A DNA stretch of 64,000 nt from an uncultured Desulfobacter sp. (GTDB taxonomy: Bacteria; Desulfobacterota; Desulfobacteria; Desulfobacterales; Desulfobacteraceae), in contig OY762069.1 of the NCBI GenBank assembly GCA_963665095.1, forward strand, positions 3,520,001-3,584,000, written 5' to 3'. Positions 37,340 to 49,539 of the stretch are shown in pieces. Made by a program: the position numbers and the translations under genes. Every line of letters starts with the position of its first letter. Position 1 is the stretch's first letter. A model generated the notes under the pieces. That model searched no databases. It saw only the letters and a list, made by a program, of their open reading frames with translations, and was not told where the DNA came from.

Positions 37340-38340
37340 AACGTTCTTTTGTTATTCTCCAGTGTACAGTCCTGTTCTTCCTTTTTACAGCCGTCCAGGG
37401 CGTTGCAGCCATGCCGTCCATCACCCCTGTGATAAAAAAGGCCATGACCACCCTGAAGGTAACCAAGTCAGATTCCGATATTCTGGTGCTGACCAATGCA
37501 ACGGCTGTGCTGACAGACGGTAAATCAAGCCTGCCCATTCTGGCACAGGTCCAGGAGGCCACCGGTGCCATGGTTGGCAAGGGCAACCTGCTTTTTTTCC
37601 AGAGAACCCAGAATTCTGCCCTGCGCATCATGCTCTTTAAAAAATCAGACAGAAGTACTGTGATCATCAGTGCGGAGAAATCAAAATGGGCCGAAGACAC
37701 CCTTGATCTTGACCCGAAAACGATTTTAGATCCGGAATTCTGGAAAGGCGCCAAAGATAAATACACAGCAGGGAAAGATTTGTCCGCCCTGGTCGCCATA
37801 GCCACAGCCTGGGCCGAAGGCGCACCCTACGATTTTCTGAAAGCGGCCGAGCTTCACAACCACATCTGCCCGGGCCTCACCTCTGGTTATCTCATCGCCC
37901 ATTTTATTCTGAATCACTATCCTTTGGAAAAAGGCCAGCGTTACACCATTATTTCAAGCCCGGTCTGGTGCAAGGAAGACGCCTTCCAGGTGGTTATGGA
38001 CCTGACACCCGGCAAAAGGGGCATGGTGGTAAAACCCTTGCCCAAAGGGGAGAAAGAGAAAATCTCCATACCCAACCCGGCCGGCATGGTGCTGATCTGG
38101 GACCAGAAGCAGAAAAAAGGCAAAGCCGTTGCATTAAGCTTTGATTTTAACAACCTCAAAGGCCTCTACCCTGAAGGAACTCCCAAACCGGCCTCAATCC
38201 TGTACACCGCCAAACACCTGTCATCCCCAGACAAATTTGTCACCGCAGAAAAAGAGTTTGATCTGGATGAAACCCAATTCAATGCTATTTGCGAAGCCGG
38301 CAGCAACCCGTGGGAGGTGGCAGGTTTGACAACGCCATAA
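37336..38340 (+). CDS. FmdE-family metal-binding protein with predicted signal peptide
   Basis: ELHNHICPGLTSG and WCKEDAFQ; N-terminus MKR-hydrophobic-VAA. Confidence 0.8.
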   Translation: MKRSFVILQCTVLFFLFTAVQGVAAMPSITPVIKKAMTTLKVTKSDSDILVLTNATAVLTDGKSSLPILAQVQEATGAMVGKGNLLFFQRTQNSALRIMLFKKSDRSTVIISAEKSKWAEDTLDLDPKTILDPEFWKGAKDKYTAGKDLSALVAIATAWAEGAPYDFLKAAELHNHICPGLTSGYLIAHFILNHYPLEKGQRYTIISSPVWCKEDAFQVVMDLTPGKRGMVVKPLPKGEKEKISIPNPAGMVLIWDQKQKKGKAVALSFDFNNLKGLYPEGTPKPASILYTAKHLSSPDKFVTAEKEFDLDETQFNAICEAGSNPWEVAGLTTP

Positions 38341-38355
38341 ATCGTTTTATTTTTC

Positions 38356-38397
38356 AAAAAAATCCGGCACCATCTTCCCGGATGGGCCGGATTTTTT
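38356..38397 (+). terminator. Intrinsic terminator ending the uptake operon
   Basis: AAAAAATCCGGC-ACCATC-loop-GATGG-GCCGGATTTTTT. Confidence 0.7.
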
Positions 38398-38609
38398 CTT
38401 CGCCATATGCCTGTAATTTTCAGAATTGGGATCACACGTGCGGCCCATCCATTTTCCCCAGAAGAGTTAACATATACATCAGAGATCACCCGCTCTTAGT
38501 TTTAATAAACGCCAATATTGAAAAAATCATCTTGCCATGTACCTGGGAATCAGCATATCATTTGTCTAATTTCACAAGGCAAATTTAACATCTCTATGGG
38601 ACAATAACT

Positions 38610-39005
38610 ATGAACAGAATGCTCATTGTTGATGATGAAGAAATCGGCAGAGCCTTAATGGAGGATATTTTCAGTAAATACGGACAGTTTGTATCGGTCT
38701 CTTCGGGTTCTGACGCACTTAAGGTGTATCAAAAAGGCATTGAAAAAGAGAAACCCTTCAACATTGTTTTGCTGGACATCTCGCTCAAAGATATCAGCGG
38801 GGTGGAGGTCTTAAAAAAAATAAAAAAAATTGACGCAGGACAGGAAAATCACAAGTCAACGGTTATCATGGTTACCGCTCATAGTGAACGTAACCTGGTC
38901 ATAGGTTGCATTAAAGCGGGATGCAGGGCATATTTCATAAAACCGCTGAAGCAGGACGCAGTGGATAAGAAGATGACCGAACTGGGATTTTCCCCCGCAA
39001 AATAA
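38610..39005 (+). CDS. Single-domain response regulator (CheY-like)
   Basis: LIVDDE, LLDISL, MVTA, YFIKP. Confidence 0.9.
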   Translation: MNRMLIVDDEEIGRALMEDIFSKYGQFVSVSSGSDALKVYQKGIEKEKPFNIVLLDISLKDISGVEVLKKIKKIDAGQENHKSTVIMVTAHSERNLVIGCIKAGCRAYFIKPLKQDAVDKKMTELGFSPAK

Positions 39006-39060
39006 AAAAACAGCGTAGTTTTCAGACCGTTTTTTCAGGTTATTGACCAGGGGGGAGAAA

Positions 39061-39951
39061 GTGGAATCATCCGGCTATCACCAGACCGCAAAGCTCTACC
39101 TGGACAAATTTACAGGGCTGAAAACGGTACCACCCGTGGCCGCCCGCCTGGTGAAAATGATTGACGAAGACACCTCCTCTCTTGAAGATTTTGAAACAGT
39201 CATCCGGGTTGACCCCACACTGGTTTTACGGATTTTAAAGCTGATCAACTCTGCCTACTTCTCCTTAAGGACAAAAATTAAGAATATATCCGAAGCGGTT
39301 GCCTACATTGGTATGGACAACCTGAGGAACATGATTGTTCTTGATGCGGTGAAAAATCTATTTTTCAAGGATTCAGACACGATAGAATTTTCCAGAAAAA
39401 AATTGTGGGCCCATTGTGCCGTGACAAGTATCTGCTGCCAGATGGTTGCAGAGCGGGTTTTTGTCCAGAAAGGGGAAGATGCTTTTTTATGCGGGATACT
39501 CCACGATGTAGGCCTCATTATTGAAGATCAGGTGGCCCAGAAAAAATTTAAAGAATTTTGCTGCACATTTGACCCGGCAGGCCAGAATCTGACGGATCAC
39601 GAACGAATGGTCATGGGAACGGATCATACCATCATCGGTTATGAGCTGGCCCAGCAATGGAGGCTGGGATCAGATCTTTGCCAGGGGATGAGGGTTCATC
39701 ACGATGTTCTTAATAATGTAGAACCGGACAGCCATGCCGGCATGCTTCAAATCGCCGAATATCTGGCATCCAGACTCGGGTATGCGGCATTCCCGGAAAC
39801 ACACACAGGGATACATTCGCCGCCACTGCTTTCCCATATCAAGGGCAATATTATGGACTATCGCGCCATTGTGGATGACCTGCCCGGCGAAATTCAACGG
39901 ATCAGGGAAATTTACTCCCTTGAGGATGACAATGCCGATGACATTGTTTGA
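39061..39951 (+). CDS. HDOD-domain protein
   Basis: [44 protein letters not shown]. Confidence 0.9.
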   Translation: MESSGYHQTAKLYLDKFTGLKTVPPVAARLVKMIDEDTSSLEDFETVIRVDPTLVLRILKLINSAYFSLRTKIKNISEAVAYIGMDNLRNMIVLDAVKNLFFKDSDTIEFSRKKLWAHCAVTSICCQMVAERVFVQKGEDAFLCGILHDVGLIIEDQVAQKKFKEFCCTFDPAGQNLTDHERMVMGTDHTIIGYELAQQWRLGSDLCQGMRVHHDVLNNVEPDSHAGMLQIAEYLASRLGYAAFPETHTGIHSPPLLSHIKGNIMDYRAIVDDLPGEIQRIREIYSLEDDNADDIV

Positions 39952-42472
39952 TGATATCCTTCAAGAATCAGACGACGAGATGAACGCTGGTTTTCTTTCG
40001 TTGCTGAACAGATTTCTTCCTGCATACAGGTTTGCGATTTTGTTGAACAAAGGCGGTCATATGGGGCCTTTGGCAGAGGATCTTGTGGAGGAAAGCCTTG
40101 CCAATCGGTTACTGCAGGCTGCTGACAGCCAACGGGTCGTATCCGGCTCCAGCGGCGCAATGCTTTCTGTCTCACTAAAAAAAATGAATTCCGTTCTCGT
40201 CTGTGAACTCCCCTTGAACGCAGATCCAGTCATTGCTGCGGTTATGGCCCAGGATATGATCCGCCTGTGCGTGGCACTTTATGAAAAAGAACGCCTTCTG
40301 ACAGAGGAAAAGGCGCTTCTTGCCGCCCACAAAGAGCAGCGTGACCGCAGAATCACAGTTCTGGAAAAAAAATACCAGGATATTCTGACCCGCAATCAGA
40401 CCCAGAGTGCAGAATACTCCAGGCTGCTTCACTCCGAGATTCAGAACCGTACATCTGAACTGGAGCATTCCAACAAAGCACTGGCAAAGGCCAAAGAAAG
40501 GGCAGAGGCCGCAAATATTGCAAAAGATCAGTTTTTGGCAAATATGAGCCATGAGATACGAACCCCCATGAACGGGGTTATCGGCATGGTCGACATTCTA
40601 TTGAGAACGCCCCTTACCCAAGAGCAGCGACACTTTGCCATGCTCATGAAAAACTCATCCGAAGCGCTTCTCAATGTCATCAACGATATTCTGGATTATT
40701 CAAAAATAGAAGCAGGCAAACTGGATATTGAGGAGATTGATTTCAATTTAAGACAGGTTATGGAAGAGATTTCAGATATTATCTCGATCTCTGTATTCGA
40801 AAAAGGGCTCTTTTTTGCCACCATTTTACAGGCAGATGTCCCGGTGCTGTTAACGGGAGATCCAGTGAGGCTGCGCCAGATTATAATGAATTTTTGCGGG
40901 AATGCCGTTAAATTTACCCGGCAGGGGGGCATTGCAATTCAGGTTAGCCTGGAATCAACATCCCAGTCTGAAGTGCAATTAAATTTTTCAGTGACTGACT
41001 CCGGCATAGGTATCCCGGAAGACCGCATAGACGGATTGTTTCGTTCCTTCTCCCAGGTGGATTCAAGCATGACCCGGCAATATGGCGGCACAGGACTTGG
41101 CCTTGCCATTTCCAAGCAGCTGACAGAACTGATGGGCGGAGAGATCGGGGTCATTTCACAAGAGAACAAAGGATCTACCTTCTGGTGCAAACTGGGATTT
41201 AAGCGGCAATCCAGAGAAGAACCAGAAGTCAATGTTGCTCCGGGCCGCACACCCCTTGTGTTGATTGCTCAAGCACAGCCGGCAGCCAGGCAGGCGCTGG
41301 CTGAATATATCAAGCTTGTGGGCGGGGCTTTCCAGGAAGCCGAGGATATACCCGAGGCCTGCAGCAAACTGGTGTCTGCCCGGCGGTCCGGCCAGCCGTT
41401 TGATTATGTTTTTTTTGACCAGGATCTTTCCGGCATACCGGGAACAGACCTGGTTGAAGTCGCAGCCCAGCACTGTGATATCTCAGATATACTATTTGTG
41501 CGTCTGTCTTTCCCCGGAAGGCAGAAACCGCAGCCCGGCCAGTTCATCCATCCCCGCATCATGAATGTGAATAAACCTGTAAAGTATGCGGATTTTATCT
41601 CTTGCATGTCATTGACCAATTATTTACCTGATAATGAATCACCGAATGATTTATCCCCGGAACCGGTTCATTCTGATGAGATCTGGGTAACCTGTCCGTG
41701 CCGTCTGCTCCTTGCTGAAGACGACGAGATGAATCGCATTGTCGCCCAGAATCTTCTGGAAAGAATGAACCTGACCGATATTCTGGTCGCGGAAAACGGC
41801 CAGGAAGCGTATGACTTTTTTAAAGCCGGTCAATTTGATCTGATACTTCTGGACGGGCAGATGCCGGTGATGAGCGGCCTGGATGCTGCGGTTAACATCC
41901 GGGCGTATGAAGAGAAACACAACCTTGACCCCACACCGATTATTGCACTGACGGCCCATGCAATGAAGCATGACCGGGATACCTTTCTGGCCTGCGGGAT
42001 GGATGACTACATCACAAAACCCCTGGCATTGGGGGCCCTGGCCGATGTGATTAAACGAATTCTGCCGGAGGGCTGCTGCACAGGCAGCGCTTCCCCGCAG
42101 GACACGTCGCATCAAAACCTTCAGGGCTGTGTGGACCTGGTCGAACTGCGGCTGATCATGAACGCAAAGAAATCCCTGCTGGAAAAATGTATCCGGACGT
42201 TTAAAAAAAATCATGGTCCGGTCCTGACTCAGATTGAAAACAGTGTTCTGGATAACGACGGTCCCGGGCTGCAGAAAAGTGCACATAAGCTTAAAGGCAT
42301 GTTCAGGTATCTGGCTGCCGGACCTGCAGCTGAACTTGCATCCCGGCTCGAACAGATGGGGGGGGACGGAAAAATTAAAGATGCGCCCCCTTTAATCTTG
42401 CAATTACAAGAAGTCTGCAGAAATATAGTGGCATGCCTTGAAAATATTTCTGATCAGGATGGCTTTTGTTGA
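39932..42472 (+). CDS. Hybrid sensor histidine kinase (HisKA-HATPase-pseudoREC-REC-HPt)
   Basis: [37 protein letters not shown], degenerate first receiver, LAEDD/LDGQMP, AHKLKG HPt. Confidence 0.9.
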   Translation: MPMTLFDDILQESDDEMNAGFLSLLNRFLPAYRFAILLNKGGHMGPLAEDLVEESLANRLLQAADSQRVVSGSSGAMLSVSLKKMNSVLVCELPLNADPVIAAVMAQDMIRLCVALYEKERLLTEEKALLAAHKEQRDRRITVLEKKYQDILTRNQTQSAEYSRLLHSEIQNRTSELEHSNKALAKAKERAEAANIAKDQFLANMSHEIRTPMNGVIGMVDILLRTPLTQEQRHFAMLMKNSSEALLNVINDILDYSKIEAGKLDIEEIDFNLRQVMEEISDIISISVFEKGLFFATILQADVPVLLTGDPVRLRQIIMNFCGNAVKFTRQGGIAIQVSLESTSQSEVQLNFSVTDSGIGIPEDRIDGLFRSFSQVDSSMTRQYGGTGLGLAISKQLTELMGGEIGVISQENKGSTFWCKLGFKRQSREEPEVNVAPGRTPLVLIAQAQPAARQALAEYIKLVGGAFQEAEDIPEACSKLVSARRSGQPFDYVFFDQDLSGIPGTDLVEVAAQHCDISDILFVRLSFPGRQKPQPGQFIHPRIMNVNKPVKYADFISCMSLTNYLPDNESPNDLSPEPVHSDEIWVTCPCRLLLAEDDEMNRIVAQNLLERMNLTDILVAENGQEAYDFFKAGQFDLILLDGQMPVMSGLDAAVNIRAYEEKHNLDPTPIIALTAHAMKHDRDTFLACGMDDYITKPLALGALADVIKRILPEGCCTGSASPQDTSHQNLQGCVDLVELRLIMNAKKSLLEKCIRTFKKNHGPVLTQIENSVLDNDGPGLQKSAHKLKGMFRYLAAGPAAELASRLEQMGGDGKIKDAPPLILQLQEVCRNIVACLENISDQDGFC

Positions 42473-42526
42473 AGCCTGATGAATTATATTCTTATGGGAT
42501 AAATAAATTAAACTTTGGAGCAACAG

Positions 42527-42928
42527 ATGCCTAAAATTTTATGGGAAGACAAGTACAACATCGGAAATGAGGTCATTGATAATCAGCACCAGGAGTTGAT
42601 AGCATATTACAATGCTGCCCATAAAAACATGCTTTCCAACCAGGATATCAGTTCTTTAGGCCTTGATGCGTTAACCAAAATGGTAGATTACTGCCGATAC
42701 CATTTTGATTCTGAAGAAGCCTATATGGCAGAAATTGGATTCCCGGACCTTAAGGAACATAAAGAAATTCATGAGAGGTTCCATTCAAAACTCAATGGTC
42801 TCTTAATGATGGACCAGGATGAGTGGCTCCTGACCTCTGAGATTCTTAAAATATTTGAAAACTGGATTGTTTATCATATTTTAAATTTGGACAAAAAAAT
42901 TGTTCAACAAGATCAGGACAAAGAGTAA
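42527..42928 (+). CDS. Bacteriohemerythrin
   Basis: W...Y.IG...IDNQH, HFDSEE, HKEIH, W...HILNLD: all di-iron ligands present. Confidence 0.92.
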   Translation: MPKILWEDKYNIGNEVIDNQHQELIAYYNAAHKNMLSNQDISSLGLDALTKMVDYCRYHFDSEEAYMAEIGFPDLKEHKEIHERFHSKLNGLLMMDQDEWLLTSEILKIFENWIVYHILNLDKKIVQQDQDKE

Positions 42929-43427
42929 TATCCGGGACCCAGACCTTAACGCCCTTGTTTCCCTTTTACAGTCTCAGCTTGTCTTCAGGCTGTATCCAAT
43001 TGGTTCACCTCTCTTTTATCCGGATGTGCAACAGCCATTTCATCGATGTTTATCAAACAGGCAACCATTTTTTATATAAAATTTATATTTACTTTTGTTG
43101 AAGTGCGAAAATTGTTATAAGGAACTTGTTACAAAAGGCATAAAAAAAGGTTTTCGATTAACGTCATATCGTACGGATTTTTCTTTGCGTGTTGACGATG
43201 TAATACATTTGAAGTGAACGGCTGAAGTTACCTGTATATCTTTTCTGTGGACCGCCCTTTCTGCCTTTAATTTCAAATGCCGAAAACCGTTGATGGCAGT
43301 GAAAATCTAATTCCCGGGTAAAGTAAACGCAAATCAGCGATGAAAAGCCACATCAATCTCTAAAATCAAAGACCCGGGTAAATGACAAACAATTGGAGAC
43401 TATAGAATATAAAGGAGGGGCTAAAAA

Positions 43428-44489
43428 GTGAACCCAGGCAACCTTATTCCCGTACCGGACACAATTCCCGTACACTGGGCATGGTTTCAGGTGCTGCTGA
43501 TTGTCACCTTTGTTTTGCACCTGCTTTTGATGAACACCATGCTGGGCAGTGCACTCATCGCTTTATTCCGTGAGTTAAAAGGGGACAAAGATGCAGATAA
43601 AATGAATTTGTCGACGGCTGAAAAACTGCCATATACCATCGCGTTCACTGTAAACATGGGGGTTGCCCCTCTGCTGTTCATTCAGGTGCTTTACGGGCAT
43701 TTCATCTACACAAGTTCCATTTTAATGGCGGTGTACTGGCTGTCCATGATCCTTCTTTTAATCCTGGCCTACTACGCCGCCTATATTTATGATTTCAAAT
43801 TTGAAGCCATGGGCAAAAGCCGTGCAATTTTTATCAGCATCAGTGTTGTACTGCTTTTATGGATCGGGTTTGTTTTTACCAACAACATGGTCATGATGAT
43901 TCAGCCTGAGACCTGGACCGCTTATTTCCGCAATCCCTTCGGCACGCTGTTAGCCCTCAAAGACCCCATGCTGATACCGCGGTATCTGCATTTTGTCTTT
44001 GCATCCGTTGCCATCGCGGGCCTTTTTCAGGCTATTGTATGGACCATGAAAAAAGAAAATCCAGTTTCGGAAAAAGCAGTTCGCTCCGGGCTAAACTGGT
44101 TTGCCTGGGCTACCTGCGTTCAGTTCGCCGTTGGTCTCTGGTTTCTGGTCGCTTTGCCCGAGGAAAAAATGATGCTCTTTTTGGGCAGAGCCCCTTTAAA
44201 CACCTTTCTGCTGGCACTGGGTGTGCTGCTGGGCGCCGCAGCCATTTATTCGGCGGCCCGGAACAACGTCCGGGTGACGTCTGCCCTGGCCCTGGCTGCG
44301 GTGGTGGACATGGTACTGGTCCGGGATCTGCTCCGATCCGCCTACTTAAAGCCTTACTTTTCGCCAGGCGAGTTGAAAGTGGTGCCGGAATACTCTTCCA
44401 TGATTCTGTTTTTAGCCGCGTTTGTCGCGGGCATCGTCATTATCATCTACATGGTAAAACTGGCTGTATCGTCGGGAAAGGAGGCGTGA
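43428..44489 (+). CDS. Polytopic membrane protein, cytochrome bd subunit-I superfamily homolog (OR-N-like partner)
   Basis: About 9 hydrophobic segments, FVLHLLLMN, GVAPLLFIQVLY, PRYLHFV; 1 nt upstream of the CydA-like multiheme gene. Confidence 0.65.
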   Translation: MNPGNLIPVPDTIPVHWAWFQVLLIVTFVLHLLLMNTMLGSALIALFRELKGDKDADKMNLSTAEKLPYTIAFTVNMGVAPLLFIQVLYGHFIYTSSILMAVYWLSMILLLILAYYAAYIYDFKFEAMGKSRAIFISISVVLLLWIGFVFTNNMVMMIQPETWTAYFRNPFGTLLALKDPMLIPRYLHFVFASVAIAGLFQAIVWTMKKENPVSEKAVRSGLNWFAWATCVQFAVGLWFLVALPEEKMMLFLGRAPLNTFLLALGVLLGAAAIYSAARNNVRVTSALALAAVVDMVLVRDLLRSAYLKPYFSPGELKVVPEYSSMILFLAAFVAGIVIIIYMVKLAVSSGKEA

Positions 44490-44490
44490 T

Positions 44491-47145
44491 ATGAATTATC
44501 CTGTCTGGGAGCTTTACACTGCCGGCGGTGGTTTCCTGATTGCCCTGATTGCTGTGGTTCATGTTTACATTGCCCATTTTGCAGTGGGTGGCGGACTTTT
44601 CCTGGTATGGGCAGAAAAAAAAGCGTATGCACAAAATTCAGACGTGATTCTGGACTATGTCAAAAAGCATACCAAATTTTTCCTTTTGCTCACCATGGTC
44701 TTTGGAGGACTCACAGGGGTTGGCATCTGGTTTACCATCTCTTTACTCAACCCGTCAGCCACCTCCACGCTGATCCATACCTTTGTCTTTGGATGGGCCA
44801 CTGAATGGGTCTGCTTTGTGGGGGAGATCGTTGCCCTGTTCATCTACTTTTATACCTTTGGGAAAATGTCCCGCAAAGACCATCTGAAAATCGGCTGGCT
44901 CTATTTTATCTTTGCCTGGCTTTCTCTTTTTCTGATCAACGGGATTATTGATTTTATGCTCACCCCGGGCCAGTGGCTTGAAAATCACAGTTTCTGGTCC
45001 GGCTTTTTTAATCCCACCATGTGGCCGGCGCTGTTTTTCAGAACCTTTATCGCCTTTATGTTTGCAGGAATTTTTGGTTTTCTGACAAGCATGTTTATTG
45101 AGGATGAAAAAATAAGGTCCTGGGTAAACAGAAGCTGCGCTGTATGGATTCTGATCCCGCTGGCCGGCATGCTGGCTTCGGGGTACTGGTATTTCTCCGT
45201 GCTGCCGGAACCGGTGAAGATGATGGTGTTTAAAGGGTCCCCCGAGCTTTTACCTTATCTGACAACCTTTTACATTGGCACCGGCATCTTGTTTGCCGGT
45301 GCGCTTGTGCTGGCAATGTCACTGCCTCTACCTTTTAAAAAAGCCGTGGCCTTTTTTATCCTTGCCATGGGTCTGGTTTATATGGGCGGGTTTGAATTTC
45401 TAAGGGAGGGCAGCAGAAGACCCTGGGCCATTTACGATCACACCTACGCCAACGGCATAAAGAAAACCGACATCCCTCAAATAGAACAGGCTGGTTTTTT
45501 AACCGCAGCCAAATGGATATTTAACCGGGATCTGACCCCGGCCAACACCCTTGCTGCCGGAAGGGAACTTTTCCGCAACCAGTGTTCAAGCTGCCATTCC
45601 GTTGGCGGGCCTATGAATGATATCCTGAAACTGACCCGGGGCATATCAGTGTACGGTATTGACTCCCGGCTGAACGGATGCGGAACCATCAGCCACTACA
45701 TGCCGCCGTTTATGGGCACACGCGCCGAACGTATGGCCCTGGCAACGTTCATTGTTGAGGGGCTGAATACTGAAAAGGCGGTTGCTGACACTGTGTTCCC
45801 GGCCGGAAATAAAGCGGCAGAAATTCCACCCTTTGATGCGGATACCAGCGAGTATGTGCTGTTGTCCTGGAATAACCTGGGCATGCACTGTATTTCAGAC
45901 AGTGATCCGTTCTGGGTACTTCTGCCCCCTGCCAATGACCTGTTTGCCCAGTTGATCAAACGCGGGGAGACCCCGGAAGTGGTCACTGAGAATATCGAGA
46001 TCACTTACAAGGTAGATCCCGGATTTGAAAATCCAAGTGCCCATGTCAAGTTCTGGGAGCATGCACAGTCTCTGTTCGGCGCCCAGCCCGCGAAGAATAT
46101 CGGGCTTTCCGGGAACGGGCTTTCCGGAAAAATGCATCTGGCCGAAGCGCTTCACGCGTTTGAGGCCACTCTGATACCGGTGGTGCCATACAATGATGAC
46201 GGCAGTTACAACCCCTATCCGACCTTTACCATTGAGGCCATTGACAAACAGACCGGCCGGATGCTTGCGCAGACCCGTACCGTGGCCCCGACATCAACGG
46301 AGATGGGCTGCCGCAACTGCCATGGCGGCCAATGGCGGGTCAACGGCAAGGCCGGGTTCACCGATGAAACCTCGGCCAATATCCTGGCCATCCATGACAA
46401 GCGGTCCGGGACCAACCTGCTGGAGATGGCCCAAAACGGCAAGCCCCGGTTATGCCAGTCCTGTCATTCCGATCCGGTGCTGGGAACCAAGGGAGAACCA
46501 GGGCTGCTGAATTTTCCGGCGGCCATGCATGGCTGGCATGCCAATTATCTGACCGGGCGCGGCACTGAGGCCTGTTTCAAATGTCATCCATCCCGGCCGG
46601 ACGGGCCCACCCAGTGTTTGAGAAGCGTTCATGCCGAAAAGCTGGACTGCACCTCATGCCACGGTTTTCTGGAAGATCACGCCCTAAGTCTTTTGAAAAA
46701 AGAGGACCAGGACAAAAAACCCGGTGCACGGCGACTGATGATCCATCTTAAGCCGCGCACTGTGGCATCCGTGGCCCATATCAACCCACGGACCCCATGG
46801 ATCAATGAACCGGACTGTCTCAATTGCCATGCCAACTTTGCCCGGGCAGATGCAAAGACCGCAAACGGGTTTAATCAATGGACGTCGGGACCTTCTGCAC
46901 TTTACAGGATGCGGCACGATAATACCGGCCGGATGATGTGTGAAGCCTGCCATGGTGCCACCCATGCCGTTTATCCGGCAAACAACAAGCTTGGCAGAGA
47001 TCTGGACAACATCCAGCCGCTGCAGTATCAGCGGAGCCGGAATCCCATTGGATCCAAACGCTGTTCTGTCTGTCATACCAGGCCGGTAAACAAAATGCCG
47101 GCCCATCATCCCATGCCGCCAACCGCCCGAATGGAAAATTTATAA
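44491..47145 (+). CDS. Cytochrome bd subunit-I-like membrane domain fused to a multiheme cytochrome c (8 CxxCH; OR-C-like)
   Basis: [78 protein letters not shown]. Confidence 0.8.
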   Translation: MNYPVWELYTAGGGFLIALIAVVHVYIAHFAVGGGLFLVWAEKKAYAQNSDVILDYVKKHTKFFLLLTMVFGGLTGVGIWFTISLLNPSATSTLIHTFVFGWATEWVCFVGEIVALFIYFYTFGKMSRKDHLKIGWLYFIFAWLSLFLINGIIDFMLTPGQWLENHSFWSGFFNPTMWPALFFRTFIAFMFAGIFGFLTSMFIEDEKIRSWVNRSCAVWILIPLAGMLASGYWYFSVLPEPVKMMVFKGSPELLPYLTTFYIGTGILFAGALVLAMSLPLPFKKAVAFFILAMGLVYMGGFEFLREGSRRPWAIYDHTYANGIKKTDIPQIEQAGFLTAAKWIFNRDLTPANTLAAGRELFRNQCSSCHSVGGPMNDILKLTRGISVYGIDSRLNGCGTISHYMPPFMGTRAERMALATFIVEGLNTEKAVADTVFPAGNKAAEIPPFDADTSEYVLLSWNNLGMHCISDSDPFWVLLPPANDLFAQLIKRGETPEVVTENIEITYKVDPGFENPSAHVKFWEHAQSLFGAQPAKNIGLSGNGLSGKMHLAEALHAFEATLIPVVPYNDDGSYNPYPTFTIEAIDKQTGRMLAQTRTVAPTSTEMGCRNCHGGQWRVNGKAGFTDETSANILAIHDKRSGTNLLEMAQNGKPRLCQSCHSDPVLGTKGEPGLLNFPAAMHGWHANYLTGRGTEACFKCHPSRPDGPTQCLRSVHAEKLDCTSCHGFLEDHALSLLKKEDQDKKPGARRLMIHLKPRTVASVAHINPRTPWINEPDCLNCHANFARADAKTANGFNQWTSGPSALYRMRHDNTGRMMCEACHGATHAVYPANNKLGRDLDNIQPLQYQRSRNPIGSKRCSVCHTRPVNKMPAHHPMPPTARMENL

Positions 47146-47164
47146 CAGCCATAGGAGATACAAA

Positions 47165-49501
47165 ATGAAGCTGAATACCAAGATACTTTTTATAAGTCTG
47201 ACAGGACTTGGCGTTATGTTGCTTGTCAGTCTGCTGGCAACATCCATATACTTCAACAGGATTAAAGGAGAGCAGATTGAAAAAAGTGCAAAAGCGGCTC
47301 AAAGACAATTTGAAATGGCCATGGAAGCCAAAAAAAAGGTGTGGTTAACCAATGCGCTTCAGGTGGCAGCCAATGCGTATGTTAAAAAAGCAATTCAGGA
47401 AAATGACCGGCAACTGGCTGACAACGTCCTGAAACGCCTGGGCAAAACATTTAAGGAAAATACCGGATTTAAAAATGTTCAGGTTCACCTGATTGACAGC
47501 AATCTACACTCTTTTTATAAGTCATGGGCACCGGATTCCTATGGAGAGTCTCTTGGATATTCCAAAGGCTATGCCCTGGTGAAAAATACCCTGAAACCGG
47601 ATGCGGCCATGGAGGTTTCCGGCAAAGGTCTTCGCCTTAAGGGGCTGTTCCCCATCCTGGACGGGGACAGATTTCTGGGTATTGCTAATTTTGAGGGGGG
47701 ATTGAACTCTCTCAAGCGCACATTGAAACCCCATGATATAGATTTTATCTGTTTTATGGATGCAGATGACTTAAGCGTTGCCCAAAGCATGAAGGGCAAG
47801 GCCCAGGTCGCCCGGTTTGTTTTAAACCAGAAGGATGTGGATGAAGAGTACTGGGCCTATTTTCAAAAACCCGGAATTATCAATAAGATACTGGATGCGC
47901 CCTTTTTCCTGGACAAGGAGTATCTGAGCATTAAAGGGCAGTTTAAGGGATTTGGGGGCGCCATGTCCGGGCTGTATGTACTCGGTGTAAAAGACAAATT
48001 CGCTCTGGCCAATGTCCACGCCCTGAAAAAATTAATTGTGACCATGTTCAGCCTGCTCTTCGGCATTTTTTTATGTTTCATTTTCGGACTGGTGTTTTTC
48101 ATGAACAGAAGTGTTGTGGCACCCATTAAATCCATTGCATACAATATGAAGGGTATCGCCGAGGGAGAAGGAGATCTGACCAAACGCCTGACAGTTGCAT
48201 CCCGGGATGAAATCGGCCAGCTCAGCCATGAATTTAATATTTTTATCGAAAAGCTGGATAACCTGATCTGGAATGTGAATGATCGGAATCAGAACCTGGG
48301 CCTTGTATCCAATGAACTGTCCGGCGTTGCGGCGTTGATGTCTGCCACAGCAGGAAGCGTCTCTTCCCAGGCCAATACGGTTTCCGGTGCGGCAGAACAG
48401 ATGAGTGAAAATATGAATACCGTGGCGGCTGCCATGGAAGAAGTTACGGTAAATGCCAACCATGTGGCAGCCGCAGCCGAGGAGATGACGGTCTCCATCA
48501 GTGAAATATCTGGCAATACGACCAAAACCAGACAAATCACCCACCAGGCTGTCGAAGATGCAGGAAGTGCTTCAGAAAAAATCGGAGATCTTCGCACCTC
48601 TGCCAAGGACATCGGCAATGTCCTGAATACCATTCAGGAAATTAGTGAACAGACCAATCTTCTAGCCTTGAATGCCACCATTGAAGCGGCCAGAGCCGGA
48701 GATGCCGGCAAGGGGTTTGCCGTGGTGGCAGAGGAGATCAAACAGCTGGCCGGCCAGACCTCCAAGGCCACTGTGGATATCAGAGAGAAGGTTGAAAATA
48801 TTCAGGGTGTCAGCAGCCAGGCAGTGGACGAAATCGGCCGGGTTGCTGCCACCATTTCTGAAGTGGACGAAAAGGTAACCTCTGTTGCCGCATCCATTGA
48901 AGAACAGGCAAAAACCACGGAAGAAATCTCCTCCAACATCCAGCAGGTATCAGCAGGGATCGCCGATATTCAGGAAACCATTCTCCATGCATCCGAGATT
49001 TCAGACCAGATCGCCCAGGAAATACATACGGTAAAAAATGCTTCCACTGAGATGCGTGAATACAGCCATGAGGTTGAAAAGGACGCAGAGAGTCAGAATC
49101 ACATGGCCGACGATGTCATTCAGATGATGAGCCAGTTCCAGATGGGCGATGAGAGCTTTCATGCCGCCCCGGTTAAACGGGCCCACAGCCTGTGGAAAAA
49201 GAAATTGTCAAACATGTTGTCCGGCAAGCAGGAAGACATCCGAATGGATCAGCTGACCGATCATCGGCACTGTGATTTTGGCCGGTGGTACTTTGGGCCT
49301 GGAGTGGAAAAATATGGGACAAACAAAAATTATAAGAAAATTGGGGAAATACATGAACAGGTCCATGAGATCGGAGGAAAGGTGGCAAGGCTTTTCAATG
49401 AGGGCAAAAGAGACGAGGCCCACAATCTATTCAAAACGTACAGCCAGGTTTCCCATGAGTTGTTTGAATTGCTGGATGGACTGGAAACACGCGCATCATA
49501 A
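47165..49501 (+). CDS. Methyl-accepting chemotaxis protein (Cache-HAMP-MA) with C-terminal CZB zinc-binding domain
   Basis: Two TMs, [31 protein letters not shown]...[11 protein letters not shown]...H...H. Confidence 0.93.
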   Translation: MKLNTKILFISLTGLGVMLLVSLLATSIYFNRIKGEQIEKSAKAAQRQFEMAMEAKKKVWLTNALQVAANAYVKKAIQENDRQLADNVLKRLGKTFKENTGFKNVQVHLIDSNLHSFYKSWAPDSYGESLGYSKGYALVKNTLKPDAAMEVSGKGLRLKGLFPILDGDRFLGIANFEGGLNSLKRTLKPHDIDFICFMDADDLSVAQSMKGKAQVARFVLNQKDVDEEYWAYFQKPGIINKILDAPFFLDKEYLSIKGQFKGFGGAMSGLYVLGVKDKFALANVHALKKLIVTMFSLLFGIFLCFIFGLVFFMNRSVVAPIKSIAYNMKGIAEGEGDLTKRLTVASRDEIGQLSHEFNIFIEKLDNLIWNVNDRNQNLGLVSNELSGVAALMSATAGSVSSQANTVSGAAEQMSENMNTVAAAMEEVTVNANHVAAAAEEMTVSISEISGNTTKTRQITHQAVEDAGSASEKIGDLRTSAKDIGNVLNTIQEISEQTNLLALNATIEAARAGDAGKGFAVVAEEIKQLAGQTSKATVDIREKVENIQGVSSQAVDEIGRVAATISEVDEKVTSVAASIEEQAKTTEEISSNIQQVSAGIADIQETILHASEISDQIAQEIHTVKNASTEMREYSHEVEKDAESQNHMADDVIQMMSQFQMGDESFHAAPVKRAHSLWKKKLSNMLSGKQEDIRMDQLTDHRHCDFGRWYFGPGVEKYGTNKNYKKIGEIHEQVHEIGGKVARLFNEGKRDEAHNLFKTYSQVSHELFELLDGLETRAS

Positions 49502-49539
49502 AGATATTTTACTGCTGTTTGGAAAATGAAGTTTGGAAA

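Noticed and set aside
38560..38577. Rex-like operator upstream of the response regulator
   Set aside because: Only the TTCACAA half-site matches and the spacing is wrong.
42929..43427. c-di-GMP (GEMM) riboswitch in the long intergenic region
   Set aside because: ACGCAAA is present but the GGCAAA-P1/GNRA-P2 architecture could not be built.
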